From Candidatus Magasanikiibacteriota bacterium (lineage in GTDB: Bacteria > Patescibacteriota > Patescibacteriia > Magasanikbacterales > GWA2-37-8): DNA of 64,000 bases. The position numbers and the translations under genes are program-made. The stretch lies in assembly GCA_016182085.1 (NCBI GenBank), contig JACOYB010000005.1, positions 1,013 to 65,012 on the forward strand, given 5' to 3'. A model generated the notes under the pieces. The model searched no databases and was not told the DNA's origin. It saw only the letters and a program-made list of their open reading frames with translations. This document shows positions 35,385 to 44,975 of the stretch, one piece after another (positions within the stretch are counted from its first letter, which is position 1; every line of letters starts with the position of its first letter).

Positions 35385-37673
35385 ATGGATAAAACACTAC
35401 ACCTGCATGAATTTTTCGTGGAAGGAAACAATCCCGAAGAATCCCATGTCTTATTAAATATCACTGAACCCTCTACTTCAGCCGAAAGAAGCAAGGGCTA
35501 TTTTTTCGTAATCTGCGAAATAAACAACGGCGATACCAAATATATCGCCAAGATGCAAAATATCATAGATGAGATAGAAAATAGTTACTACGAAATTCCA
35601 GATCAAGAATACCAAACTGCCTTAGAAATTGTCTTAAACAAGATCAATCAAGAAAACATGTCCATGATCCAGCCAGAGATTGGCTTGCATTGCATTGTGG
35701 GCGCGATTCGCGAAAATGATATTATCTTTAGCTTTTACGGGCATCCGCAAATGGTGCTTTTCTATAAAATCAAGGATGGTCTATTATATAAAAAAATGGA
35801 TTTGGTAGAAGAAAATAAATCTACCGAAAACTCGGAAAACAACCAGCTGTTTTCTCAAATTGTTCAGGGAAAAATCGGCCCCAACGATTTTTTCTTTGCC
35901 GGTACGCCAAATATTATAAACTACTTCAATCATGACCGCCTGCAAAAAATTATTACTACCCGCCCTCCGCGCCAAAGTTCCGAACACTTGCAGCGAGTAT
36001 TGTCCGAACTTCAAAACAATATTTCATTTGGCGGCATCATAATTAACCTGCAAAAAAGTACGGAGCCTATTCCAACTCCAAGAATCTCTCCTGTTAAAAA
36101 AGGAGAATCCGCCCGCTCATTAAAGAGCTTGTTTAGCACTGAACAAAATACAGCGAGCATTCTCTCTCCGTCTTTACTGCCAAAATTTCAAGACAAAGTA
36201 AATAATGCCTTTACCGATCAAGAAGAGCCGGAAATGATGCAGCCAAATCCAACCGGCTTGCGCGCCAATACCGAAATTACTTCTTCACACTTACGCGCCA
36301 GACAAGACCGGATACGACCAGCGGCGAGACCTAACACCCAGGAAATAATTAAAAAAATAATATTTATTATCTGGCAAATCCTAAAATACACGGGCCGAGC
36401 AATCATGATTCTCTTGCTTTTTATTGGCGCTGTGTTTTCCACGCTTGGCAGAAACGCGATGTTATTATTTTTCGTGGCTACCAATTACCAAAACAGACGC
36501 CGCAATATTTTGACTCAGTGGGGCAACTGGTGGCGCAATCTAAAGAATAACCTTAAGCAACTGCCGCTCATTACCAAAGCTTTGCTTATTGTCTCCATAA
36601 TTTTAGTGCTCGTATTTACCGTTGGAATCGTGTATGTAAAAAATAAACAGAAAAAAGAAGTTCGTGTAAAACAATCCATGCAAATCGCTCAGATGATACA
36701 AAATAAACAAGATGAAGCCGAGAGCTCTTTGGTATACGGCGATACGGATACGGCTATAACCAAACTACAAGAGGCCGAAGAAATTCTCACCACTCTCCCT
36801 TGCGAAACAAACGCTGAAAAAGCAACGTGCCAAAACCTGCAGATCCAACTAGCTGCCTTACAATTAAGGGCTCGCCATATTACTCTGGTCACCCCGCAGC
36901 TTCTGGCGGATTGGAATACGCTCGCTCCCAACAACCAAATGGAAAATATCTTCTTGCTTAACAATAAAATTTACGGATTTGGCAAAACCAACTCCGATAT
37001 CTTGGCCTATGACATGCTGACCAAAGAGTCACAGCTCACGAGTCCAAACTTATCTGTAAACAACTTTATTACAGTTTCCGTACCAAAAGAAAATGATTAC
37101 GCGGTACTGCTTTATGACAACCAACACGTGGCACAGTTCCAACCAACGGACAATTCCTGGAAAAAGGTAGATATCTCCTACCCTGCTCAAAATGCTAGCA
37201 TTTCTAGTTTGGCCGTATATAATCGCAGACTCTACACCCTGGACGCTCAAAATAATAAAATCTATCGCCATGATTCAATTAAAACCGGCTTCTCCACAGG
37301 CAAAGAATGGACCCAAAATAACACGACCGATATTAAATCCGGCATTGATATGTCTATAGACGGCGATGTCTTTATCTTAGGCAAGAACGGCAGCATTTAT
37401 AAATTTACCAAAGGCCAGACACAAAACTTTAATCTTTCCAAAATTGACCCACCGCTCACTTCGGCTGATAAAATTTGGACATATAATGATCTTAACTATC
37501 TTTATATTTTAGACAGTGCTGGCAAAAGAATTATCATTGCGGATAAAACCGGTGAATTCAAATCTCAGATTACAGCCAGTGAATTTGTCCATCCTACGGG
37601 CATGATCGTAGATGAACAAAAGAAAGCCGCCTTTATCTTGGATAATAACAAGTTGTACCAGATTGAGCTGTAA
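35385..37673 (+). CDS. Large multi-domain membrane protein (N-terminal soluble domain, central TM helices, C-terminal beta-propeller-like repeats)
   Basis: The protein is 762 aa with central hydrophobic helices. The C-terminus has NHL/propeller-like repeats (NKIYRHD, KRIIIADKTGEF). It is the only long plus-strand gene in the window. Confidence 0.4.
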   Translation: MDKTLHLHEFFVEGNNPEESHVLLNITEPSTSAERSKGYFFVICEINNGDTKYIAKMQNIIDEIENSYYEIPDQEYQTALEIVLNKINQENMSMIQPEIGLHCIVGAIRENDIIFSFYGHPQMVLFYKIKDGLLYKKMDLVEENKSTENSENNQLFSQIVQGKIGPNDFFFAGTPNIINYFNHDRLQKIITTRPPRQSSEHLQRVLSELQNNISFGGIIINLQKSTEPIPTPRISPVKKGESARSLKSLFSTEQNTASILSPSLLPKFQDKVNNAFTDQEEPEMMQPNPTGLRANTEITSSHLRARQDRIRPAARPNTQEIIKKIIFIIWQILKYTGRAIMILLLFIGAVFSTLGRNAMLLFFVATNYQNRRRNILTQWGNWWRNLKNNLKQLPLITKALLIVSIILVLVFTVGIVYVKNKQKKEVRVKQSMQIAQMIQNKQDEAESSLVYGDTDTAITKLQEAEEILTTLPCETNAEKATCQNLQIQLAALQLRARHITLVTPQLLADWNTLAPNNQMENIFLLNNKIYGFGKTNSDILAYDMLTKESQLTSPNLSVNNFITVSVPKENDYAVLLYDNQHVAQFQPTDNSWKKVDISYPAQNASISSLAVYNRRLYTLDAQNNKIYRHDSIKTGFSTGKEWTQNNTTDIKSGIDMSIDGDVFILGKNGSIYKFTKGQTQNFNLSKIDPPLTSADKIWTYNDLNYLYILDSAGKRIIIADKTGEFKSQITASEFVHPTGMIVDEQKKAAFILDNNKLYQIEL

Positions 37674-37683
37674 CACCTAAAAC

Positions 37684-37712
37684 AAAAAGACTCCGATTAT
37701 GGAGCCTTTTTG
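37684..37712. terminator. Bidirectional hairpin terminator between the 35385..37673 gene and rplL
   Basis: AAAAAGACTCCGATTATGGAGCCTTTTTG. Confidence 0.5.
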
Positions 37713-37729
37713 TTTATATCAAGCTCTGC

Positions 37730-38137
37730 TTATTTTAATGTGACCTTACCGCCAGCTTCTTCAATTTTCTTCTTCATAGCTTCGGCTTCCTCTTTCTTTA
37801 CCGCTTCCTTAATTACCTTAGGAGCGCCATCAACCATAGCTTTGGCATCAGCCAGTCCAAGACCGGTAATTTCCTTAACTGCCTTGATAACATTGATTTT
37901 GCTAGCACCAGCGTCTGTGAGTTCAACATTGAACTCAGTCTTTTCTTCAGCGGCAGCAGCGCCTCCGGCAGCTGGAGTGGCAGCCATCATCATGGCTGGA
38001 GCAGCAGCGGATACGCCGAATTTCTCTTCCAAAACTTTTACAAGTTCGGAAAGATCGAGCACTGACATTTTTTCAATTTCAGCCACCAAATCCTTGAATT
38101 TGGCAGGCACTTCTACAACTTTATTTTCTTCTGACAT
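37730..38137 (-). CDS. rplL: Ribosomal protein L7/L12
   Basis: A C-terminal domain [36 protein letters not shown] and an Ala-rich hinge are present. Confidence 0.9.
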   Translation of the reverse strand: MSEENKVVEVPAKFKDLVAEIEKMSVLDLSELVKVLEEKFGVSAAAPAMMMAATPAAGGAAAAEEKTEFNVELTDAGASKINVIKAVKEITGLGLADAKAMVDGAPKVIKEAVKKEEAEAMKKKIEEAGGKVTLK

Positions 38138-38158
38138 AGGATTAATTAAATATGTAAA

Positions 38159-38683
38159 TTATGATTTTGCTTTGGCGATATTATTAAGTACTCCGACAAG
38201 CCCGCGTAAATTTCCAGCCATGACGTTTACAAATCCGGAAACCGGAGCGTTGAGAGAACCAACCAATTTTGCCAAGAGTTCCTGCTTGCTTGGCAAGCTG
38301 GCCAAACTCTTTACCATGGAAACATCTATAAATTTGCCTTCCAGCACACCACCAAATAGTTTAACTATTTCGTGATCTTTGGAGAACGTATGCACTATTT
38401 TTGCGGCGGAAACCTCGTCTCCCAAAGCCATAAAAGTAGCCACACCGCCGGAGAAAACCTTAGGATCAATATCTTTGAGTCCCAATTCTTCACACGCGCG
38501 CTTTACCAAGGTTTTCTTGGCAGCCACAACTTTGACGTTGTTTTTTCGGCACTCTCGGCGCAATTCTTCTGCTTCCGAAACCTTCAATCCTTGAAAATTG
38601 GCAAAAACCACGGCCTTAGCCGCTTTAAGGCCATCTTCCAAAGATTTAACGGTATCTTGTTTTTGTAGTTTTGTTTTTGGCAT
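38159..38683 (-). CDS. rplJ: Ribosomal protein L10
   Basis: The MPKTKLQKQDTVKSLEDGLKAAKAVVFANFQGLKV start was chosen. The ORF track extends 12 codons further upstream. Confidence 0.85.
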   Translation of the reverse strand: MPKTKLQKQDTVKSLEDGLKAAKAVVFANFQGLKVSEAEELRRECRKNNVKVVAAKKTLVKRACEELGLKDIDPKVFSGGVATFMALGDEVSAAKIVHTFSKDHEIVKLFGGVLEGKFIDVSMVKSLASLPSKQELLAKLVGSLNAPVSGFVNVMAGNLRGLVGVLNNIAKAKS

Positions 38684-38699
38684 AATTATTGCTTTTAAC

Positions 38700-38900
38700 A
38701 AAAAATCTGTGTTCTCCACAGACCTCTAGCACAAATCGACCGAATCTAGCCTTACTCAGCACGAGGCTGATCCGCCTTGGGCGGAAGCTATTATTTGTAC
38801 CTCGGCAGGCCTACCCGCAAAACGGGCAAATTAGATCCTTTCGGACACCTACTGTCTATGGTTAGACCAAGTATATATATACTGATAAAAAAAGTCAAGG
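38700..38900 (-). promoter_or_regulatory. Possible L10 (rplJ) leader / autoregulatory 5'UTR
   Basis: A long structured, GC-richer untranslated region lies between the upstream gene and rplJ. It is assigned by position only. Confidence 0.25.
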
Positions 38901-38903
38901 GCT

Positions 38904-39308
38904 CTATTTCTTATGTCTCCCGATACCGGGGTTGGTATCCTCAAGTCCCACTTCCCAAGTTTTAGGTACGCCAACACTAGCAAAATCTTTGATCTTTCGC
39001 ATGTCGTTAATCCCCAATTTTGCGAGCTCCTGTATGAGCGCGGCTTTGTTAACTTTTTCATCACCTGAAACAACCTTAATACATATCTCTCTTATTCTTA
39101 ACCTTTCATAGCCCGGATCTTGTTTGGCGAGAGCCAGCATTTCCGCATCCTTAACCACATCAAAGCTATGCTTTAGACTGCTTCTGGCCGCAGCCCGATC
39201 TTCTTCACTTTTACCAAAAACAGCTGTAATAGCTAATTCAATTTTCACCCTTTGTCTTCCAATTTCTCTTGATCCTACTCCCATTCCTCCTTCAGATGAT
39301 TTTGCCAT
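38904..39308 (-). CDS. Hypothetical protein (134 aa) occupying the position where rplK-rplA is normally found
   Basis: It does not resemble L11 or L1. Its start codon abuts a copy of the dispersed repeat. Confidence 0.35.
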   Translation of the reverse strand: MAKSSEGGMGVGSREIGRQRVKIELAITAVFGKSEEDRAAARSSLKHSFDVVKDAEMLALAKQDPGYERLRIREICIKVVSGDEKVNKAALIQELAKLGINDMRKIKDFASVGVPKTWEVGLEDTNPGIGRHKK

Positions 39309-39400
39309 ATACGAAATGAGTGAGGTAAAAGTTAAATGTGTTTAACTTTTACCGAACGAATGAGTATATATGCGGCTTTAGCCCCTATACATTAAAATTC
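39301..39400 (+). repeat. Dispersed repeat family, copy e (abuts the start of the 38904..39308 gene)
   Basis: ATACGAAATGAGTGAG, a perfect hairpin GTAAAAGTTAAA/TTTAACTTTTAC, then CGAACGAATGAGTATATATGCGGCTTTAGCCCCTATAC. Confidence 0.7.
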
Positions 39401-39492
39401 TAGTTATTTTTTATATTTCCTAGTGAGGTCATGCGAAAATTTATTTTCGTGATGGCCGAGCGACGGAAATTCAAGAAATGCCATAGCATTTC

Positions 39493-40176
39493 TTATTTTA
39501 TAATCGTACCATTAAACGGCTCACCGCTCAAGGCTTGGTTTAATAAATTTAAATTTGTGCCTTTTACAAACTTTACTGTTAACCCCAGTTTCTGCGCGGT
39601 TTTGGCTGCCACCGGATCAAACGGAAAATTTGCCCCCGGGCTCCATTTGTCGCCTATAATACCTCTCATTTCCTTCCAACTTAACTCTGACAGTGCCTTG
39701 GCGCCTGGATATTTTTTTGGATCAGCCGTATAGACATAATCAATATTAGACGCGTTAATCACTTCTTTAGCTCCATATGTTTTTGCCAGAAGCACAGCGT
39801 CGTGGTCGGTAGAACAGCCTGGCTTCCAACCCGCGGCCATAAGTATTGGCTTGGTGCTTTTAATTTTTTTTGTTGGGTTGGTAATGATTTCACTATGCGC
39901 GTAATCTTTAAATAAAAATCTTACAAATTCCGCGTTAAATATAGTGGATTTTATCCCCAACCAATCCAAATCCGCACTTGTCATAGACACAACTTGTCCG
40001 ACCGCATTTTGATAATTACGGCATGTCGCTCCCCCGCCGATTACCAGAATAAACTTCTCACCTTTTTTAACTCGTTCCACAATTAAATCACGCAGTTTTT
40101 TAAGAAATTCAATATCAAAACCGGTGGGAGGAATAATGATAGAACCGCCAATGGAAATAACTCTAAATTTGTTCAT
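39493..40176 (-). CDS. pyrH: Amino-acid-kinase family protein, UMP kinase-like (archaeal-type PyrH)
   Basis: The protein is 227 aa. ILVIGGGATCRNY and the carbamate/UMP kinase fold pattern are present. Confidence 0.5.
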   Translation of the reverse strand: MNKFRVISIGGSIIIPPTGFDIEFLKKLRDLIVERVKKGEKFILVIGGGATCRNYQNAVGQVVSMTSADLDWLGIKSTIFNAEFVRFLFKDYAHSEIITNPTKKIKSTKPILMAAGWKPGCSTDHDAVLLAKTYGAKEVINASNIDYVYTADPKKYPGAKALSELSWKEMRGIIGDKWSPGANFPFDPVAAKTAQKLGLTVKFVKGTNLNLLNQALSGEPFNGTIIK

Positions 40177-40330
40177 AAAAATTTTTCTTAATCTTGGGGT
40201 TATCTATCCTCGCTTTTTTATTAGCTACAAAAATCGCTTTATTTGCCTTAAACAAACTCGGCGTGCGATACGCGATTTTGCCTTTTTGCGCTCGATTGGA
40301 AGAATAATTTTTCATGCAGAGCTTTACTAC

Positions 40331-40684
40331 TTAACTATTGGTACTATTACTACTCTTAATTAACGAACTTACAGCCCAGCCCACCAACCACATAATTATT
40401 GCTCCCCAGAGCGCGGCCCAGAAACCTGACACATAAAAACCCTTAACAATAGTTGAGGCAAGTAAAAACATGGCTGCATTTATTACAAACGTAAAAAGCC
40501 CCAGGGTTAGAATATTTATTGGCAGTGTTAAGACAATAAGAAGCGGACGAATGAGGGCGTTAATAAGCCCCAAAATTAATGCTGCCACCAGCGCCGCGTA
40601 TACGCTCTCTACCACAATACCCGGCACCAGATAGGCCACGAACATTAGGGTTGCTGCACTCACCAACCATCTAAGAACTAACAT
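40331..40684 (-). CDS. DUF360/holin-4-like small polytopic membrane protein
   Basis: The protein is 117 aa with four predicted TM helices. Confidence 0.35.
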   Translation of the reverse strand: MLVLRWLVSAATLMFVAYLVPGIVVESVYAALVAALILGLINALIRPLLIVLTLPINILTLGLFTFVINAAMFLLASTIVKGFYVSGFWAALWGAIIMWLVGWAVSSLIKSSNSTNS

Positions 40685-40709
40685 ACAATTGCGATATTAA
40701 AAATTAAAT

Positions 40710-41324
40710 TTAACCTACTAATAATCTAAATAAGCCATTTATCAGCGGTGCAATAAGCTCAAACAAAAAGAAAACAAAAAATAATAAAATAATAAACCCA
40801 TATCGGTCTAGAAAATTCTTAATTTCATTCGCCGAGTTTGGCAATACGGCATACAAAACTTTTGATCCATCCAGCGGCGGGATCGGCACTAAATTAAATA
40901 TCATTAACATAATATTGGCATACACAATAATTGCTAAAATCTCAGCCAGACCCAGCGGCAGAGGCAAAAAGCGTATAAGCAAGGCAAATGCTACAGCCAA
41001 AAGAAGGTTGGCGGCTGGTCCGGCCAGCGCCACCATAACCGGCCCCCATTTCTGATTTTTTAAATTATACGGGTTATACGGCACGGGTTTGGCATACGCA
41101 AATAAAAATCTACCGCCCGTGAGAATTGAAAGCATTATTGGCATTAAAATCGTACCCCAGGGGTCTATGTGGGCCATGGGGTTTACAGTCAGTCTTCCGG
41201 CATGACGGGCGGTAGGGTCGCCAAGCATATCTGCCACCCAGCCATGAGCATATTCATGGATAATCGCCGAAGGCACAATGACCAAAAAATAAAAGATAAA
41301 GTCCATACGTAACAGAGTTGACAA
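40710..41324 (-). CDS. Site-2 protease family (M50) zinc metalloprotease
   Basis: HEYAHGWVA (HExxH) lies within a TM segment. The protein is polytopic and 204 aa. Confidence 0.7.
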   Translation of the reverse strand: MSTLLRMDFIFYFLVIVPSAIIHEYAHGWVADMLGDPTARHAGRLTVNPMAHIDPWGTILMPIMLSILTGGRFLFAYAKPVPYNPYNLKNQKWGPVMVALAGPAANLLLAVAFALLIRFLPLPLGLAEILAIIVYANIMLMIFNLVPIPPLDGSKVLYAVLPNSANEIKNFLDRYGFIILLFFVFFLFELIAPLINGLFRLLVG

Positions 41325-41394
41325 AACTTAAGTAGTAGCGTATACTGTAACCATTGTATTTAAGTATACTTAAAAAATCTTAAAGTTTCAACAT

Positions 41395-41571
41395 ATGTCC
41401 CGAGCTTGCTCTATTTGTGAAAAATCGGCTGTTCGCGCCAACCACGTGAGCCATTCCAATCGCAAAGTACCGCGCAGACAAAATCCAAACTTACAGTTGG
41501 TTAGAGTAGACGGCAAAAGTATCAAAGCCTGCTCCACCTGCCGCCGTACGATGGTAAAAAAGTTGGCCTAA
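41395..41571 (+). CDS. rpmB: Ribosomal protein L28 (shorter than 60 aa, absent from the ORF track)
   Basis: Translation gives MSRACSICEKSAVRANHVSHSNRKVPRRQNPNLQLVRVDGKSIKACSTCRRTMVKKLA. A hairpin terminator follows at 41588-41620. Confidence 0.85.
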   Translation: MSRACSICEKSAVRANHVSHSNRKVPRRQNPNLQLVRVDGKSIKACSTCRRTMVKKLA

Positions 41572-41740
41572 AATCTTCATAAAAATAAAAACCGCTTGAA
41601 TTATCAGGCGGTTTTTATTTTCTATCAAAAAACTAATTGACAGTATTTAAAAAATACTATTACATACATAATATCTTTCGGTTGAACTAGTCCGCACCAA
41701 CAACGCGGGTTGGTTTCAACCCGAGAAACGGAGACAGGTT

Positions 41741-41926
41741 ATGGACAAGAAAAAGACTTCTCACCAAGTGACTTTACTCTTCTGCCTTACCTACGCGACC
41801 GCAACTGTTGCTATGCTGGTAAAAAAACAGTTCGTCTGGTCTGCCGTATTCGCTTCAGTAGGCGTTCTTCATTTTCTAGCCGCTATTACAGTGATCGCTC
41901 TTACTTCTAAAAAGAAAGGGCGGTAG
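41741..41926 (+). CDS. Small hydrophobic protein (61 aa, 2 TM), putative
   Basis: A GGAG sequence sits 8 nt upstream and a hairpin (CGGGTTG..CAACCCG) lies just 5' of it. Confidence 0.25.
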   Translation: MDKKKTSHQVTLLFCLTYATATVAMLVKKQFVWSAVFASVGVLHFLAAITVIALTSKKKGR

Positions 41927-42009
41927 AATTCCTGTTTCCGCAACCCGCCGGCACCTATAAATGCCGGCGTTGATTTTTTACCAAACACAAGATATAATGC
42001 CCAATAATT

Positions 42010-42084
<75 letters not shown>

Positions 42085-42086
42085 AA

Positions 42087-42674
42087 TTATCTAAAACTTA
42101 TTTCTACCTCTCTATTTCCCGCGATAAGTTTTACCAATCTCTCAATTTCTTTTTTGGTATTTTCTTTGGCTTCATTTTGAACCACATCGCTTTTGGCCGC
42201 AGCCAGGGCCGCCTCTTTTAATTTAGCATAAGCGGCATTATAGCCATCATCGTTATTAAAAATCTTTTTGAAGATCCCTTGTTTGTTTTGGAGGGTGATA
42301 TCGCCGATTAGCTCTACTCCGTGATCCTCAAGGGATGGCAAGCTAGCCGTAACGGTGCGAGCATCAACCGTAATATCTTCAGGTGAAATTTTGTTTAGAT
42401 CTACCCCCAAACTCGCTTTCATCGTACCCATAGCCACGATATCTTGACCCCAAAAAAAGTCTTTAAACGCGCTGCCCGTGGAGCGGTCTATGGTAATCTG
42501 CTGGGTAATAATATATGTTTCGGTAACCAAAAATCCTTCATGCTTTAACGCTTGCACGATAGATTGTGAACTTACCTGCTCACCCGGTTGATTTGGTTTG
42601 CCAAGACGGTAGCCGACAAAAAGACTTGCAGCTACGATTACTAAGACACCGATAGTTATTAATTTGTTTTTCAT
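42087..42674 (-). CDS. Membrane-anchored hypothetical protein (N-terminal TM)
   Basis: The protein is 195 aa with a single N-terminal helix. Confidence 0.4.
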   Translation of the reverse strand: MKNKLITIGVLVIVAASLFVGYRLGKPNQPGEQVSSQSIVQALKHEGFLVTETYIITQQITIDRSTGSAFKDFFWGQDIVAMGTMKASLGVDLNKISPEDITVDARTVTASLPSLEDHGVELIGDITLQNKQGIFKKIFNNDDGYNAAYAKLKEAALAAAKSDVVQNEAKENTKKEIERLVKLIAGNREVEISFR

Positions 42675-42938
42675 ACAACTTAGTTTAGTTCATCCGGATG
42701 AACCATCTTGCTTCGCATAAATAAAGAAACCGTAATCATTATTAATATTATCTAAAATTGATATTTAATGTAACACAGACCATTATCTTTGCCAAGTTAT
42801 TTTATAAAAACAAAAAACCGCCTGCTCACTAGTTTCCACATCGGTGAAAAATAATGAGCATAGCGGCGGTCTTGTGTTGACCTCCGCCATGCTTACTCCC
42901 AAAGAGTCAAGCGAAGCGAAGGTCTGATTGCGACCGGT

Positions 42939-43383
42939 TCAGTTTGCGGTAGCCTGCTGGTACCGGACCGCAGACGGACGACGACGGCCTGAAGAAAACA
43001 GCATCGTCTTCACCACAGGTGGAGTCGGAGGCTGAGCCACCAGCTCGGGCATCGTGAACGAGCAACGCATCAGAATGACCCAGACCGGATCAGGCTTCAC
43101 CCCTCCCTGCAACTTCAGGGCCGCGGCGGTAGCATGACGATCTGTCACCACCTCGCCTGTCGTGGCAGTGACGAGCTGCACGTCGCGCATCACCCTCATC
43201 AAGAGGTAAGCGTGACGCTGCTGCTGAGCGCGAGAGTCAGCGCGATGATTGGGAATATCGCCGTAGCGCACCTTCCCAACATGGAACTGACGGGCGCCTT
43301 TCCCACCCTCTGAGTCACGTGACATCACGACGCAGACCACTTCTACGTCGTCCTGCGAACGCTTGGTTGACCGTTTCTTCATG
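42939..43383 (-). CDS. Hypothetical protein (148 aa) encoded in a high-GC foreign-looking island
   Basis: The ATG is preceded by a strong Shine-Dalgarno sequence (AAGGGGGGAA). GC3 is very high, unlike host genes. The ORF track gives a 214-aa extension that is probably read-through. Confidence 0.4.
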
Positions 43384-43407
43384 GTTCCCCCCTTGTGAAG
43401 ATTGGGC

Positions 43408-43596
43408 CTACCGACGACCCGAGCGGGAACCGCCCGGCATGGTTCCCCGACGACCATAGTCGCCCGGGGGACGGTTGTGGAAGGCATCCTTCTGACGCCG
43501 GATTCCAGCCTCGGTGTCATCGCCGGACGGATCATCCGTCTCGTTGCGCGCTTCCTCGATCGAGATGTTGGAAGAGTGACCATTCCATCGATTCAT
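43408..43596 (-). CDS. Small hypothetical protein (62 aa) in the high-GC island, upstream of the 148-aa gene
   Basis: A Shine-Dalgarno sequence (GAGGGG) sits 8 nt upstream. Its stop lies 24 nt before the next start. Confidence 0.3.
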   Translation of the reverse strand: MNRWNGHSSNISIEEARNETDDPSGDDTEAGIRRQKDAFHNRPPGDYGRRGTMPGGSRSGRR

Positions 43597-43880
43597 GTGG
43601 AGTTTCCCCTCAGCCTTAACCGGTGAAAATCAAGCAAAGAAATTCCAAATGGAATGCCTTAAGCGGCCTGCAAAACCGCACTCGCGACTCTGCACTTCCA
43701 TACTTGCACCGATCTGCGTACTGCATACCTGGATTTCAGATATAAAATACGCAGACCGGTAAAAAATTTAAAAATATTTTATCTGTAAAAGAGCTTGCAA
43801 CAGTATACGTTAAAAAACAAATTTTGTCAATAAAAATAAGAATCGCTCCTTCTACGGCCGAGCGACCCTCCTCACGAGCT

Positions 43881-44963
43881 CTAAAGTTCCACTAGTGTAT
43901 TTTCTCCCAAAATCATTTTTTGATGCCCCGATTCATTTTTTGTCACCAGTACATCCGAACCAATAATACTTTCTCTAAGTTTAATATCACAATCAATGGT
44001 GCATTTATTTAAGATGATTGAATCTTTAATTTCTGCTTTGCGAATCTTAGTGCCCGCGCCAAGTGTAGTATTGGGACTAATTATACAATCTTCCAGGGTG
44101 CAGTTTTCACCAATAAGCACCGGGCCGGTAATTGTAACGTTTTTATTTACGGTCGTACCTACGCCAATTCTCACGTTACCGCTTATGCGCGCTCCAGATT
44201 CAACAGTCCCTTCAATTTTAAAATTTTCGGCTGGGATTTCTTTAAGCAACAATTCGCTGGCCAGAATTAGATCTTCCGGTTTACCGGTATCCTTCCACCA
44301 GCCGGTAATTTCTTTATATCCGACTTTAAAATTATTTTTTAATAAATCCGAGTGAATGCTGGAAATTTCATATTCTCCCCTCTCGCTTTTCTCAATATTA
44401 TTGAAAGCTTTAAAAAATACGCCCGGACCATATAAATAAATACCGGTAACCGCAAAATTATTAGGAGGAGTTGCGGGTTTTTCTAAAACATCCGTTAACT
44501 TGCCGCTGGCATCTAACACCGGCACGCCAAATCGTTCCGGATCCGGCACTTGCGACAGAGCCAGCATGCAATCGTAGTTGCCTTCTATAAATTCATCTAC
44601 AAAATCTTTGAGACTGCCTAAAATAACATTATCCGATAGATAAAATAAAAACGGATCATTGCCGATAAACTTTTCGGCCTGTTTTACTACATGGGCAACC
44701 CCTTGCGGCCCACCCTCCTGCTCAAAGAATATAATCTTTATCCCCCAATGACCGCCATCACCGATATATTTTTGCAATTCCGTTTCCCCAGGATTGGTAT
44801 TGATAAAGATCTCTTCCACACCGGCATTTACCGCCTTTTCAATCGCATGAAAAATCATCGGCTTGTTGGCCAGCGGAATTAAATGTTTGTTCATGGTGGA
44901 GGTTACGGGCCTCAGTCGTGTCGCCCTACCGCCTCCGGTTAATATCGCTTTTTTAATTTTCAT
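43881..44963 (-). CDS. Sugar-1-phosphate nucleotidyltransferase (RmlA/GlmU-like N-terminus with a C-terminal left-handed beta-helix)
   Basis: ILTGGGRATRLRPVT is the NTP-transferase G-loop. The C-terminus has hexapeptide repeats. The protein is 360 aa. Confidence 0.7.
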   Translation of the reverse strand: MKIKKAILTGGGRATRLRPVTSTMNKHLIPLANKPMIFHAIEKAVNAGVEEIFINTNPGETELQKYIGDGGHWGIKIIFFEQEGGPQGVAHVVKQAEKFIGNDPFLFYLSDNVILGSLKDFVDEFIEGNYDCMLALSQVPDPERFGVPVLDASGKLTDVLEKPATPPNNFAVTGIYLYGPGVFFKAFNNIEKSERGEYEISSIHSDLLKNNFKVGYKEITGWWKDTGKPEDLILASELLLKEIPAENFKIEGTVESGARISGNVRIGVGTTVNKNVTITGPVLIGENCTLEDCIISPNTTLGAGTKIRKAEIKDSIILNKCTIDCDIKLRESIIGSDVLVTKNESGHQKMILGENTLVEL

Positions 44964-44975
44964 ATGATTGAAACC

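Noticed and set aside
37710-38375. 221-aa plus-strand ORF
   Set aside because: It is antisense to rplL/rplJ and Ala/Ser-rich. It is a low-complexity artefact of the Ala-rich L7/L12 coding sequence.
42860-43760. High-GC island as a structured ncRNA gene (RNase P RNA, tmRNA, SRP RNA) rather than protein-coding
   Set aside because: I looked for hallmark strings (GGTTCGAATCC T-arm-like tmRNA end, RNase P AGTCCGG / ACAGAAA) and found none. Two Shine-Dalgarno-preceded ORFs and a terminator fit a protein-coding unit better. This cannot be fully excluded without Rfam.
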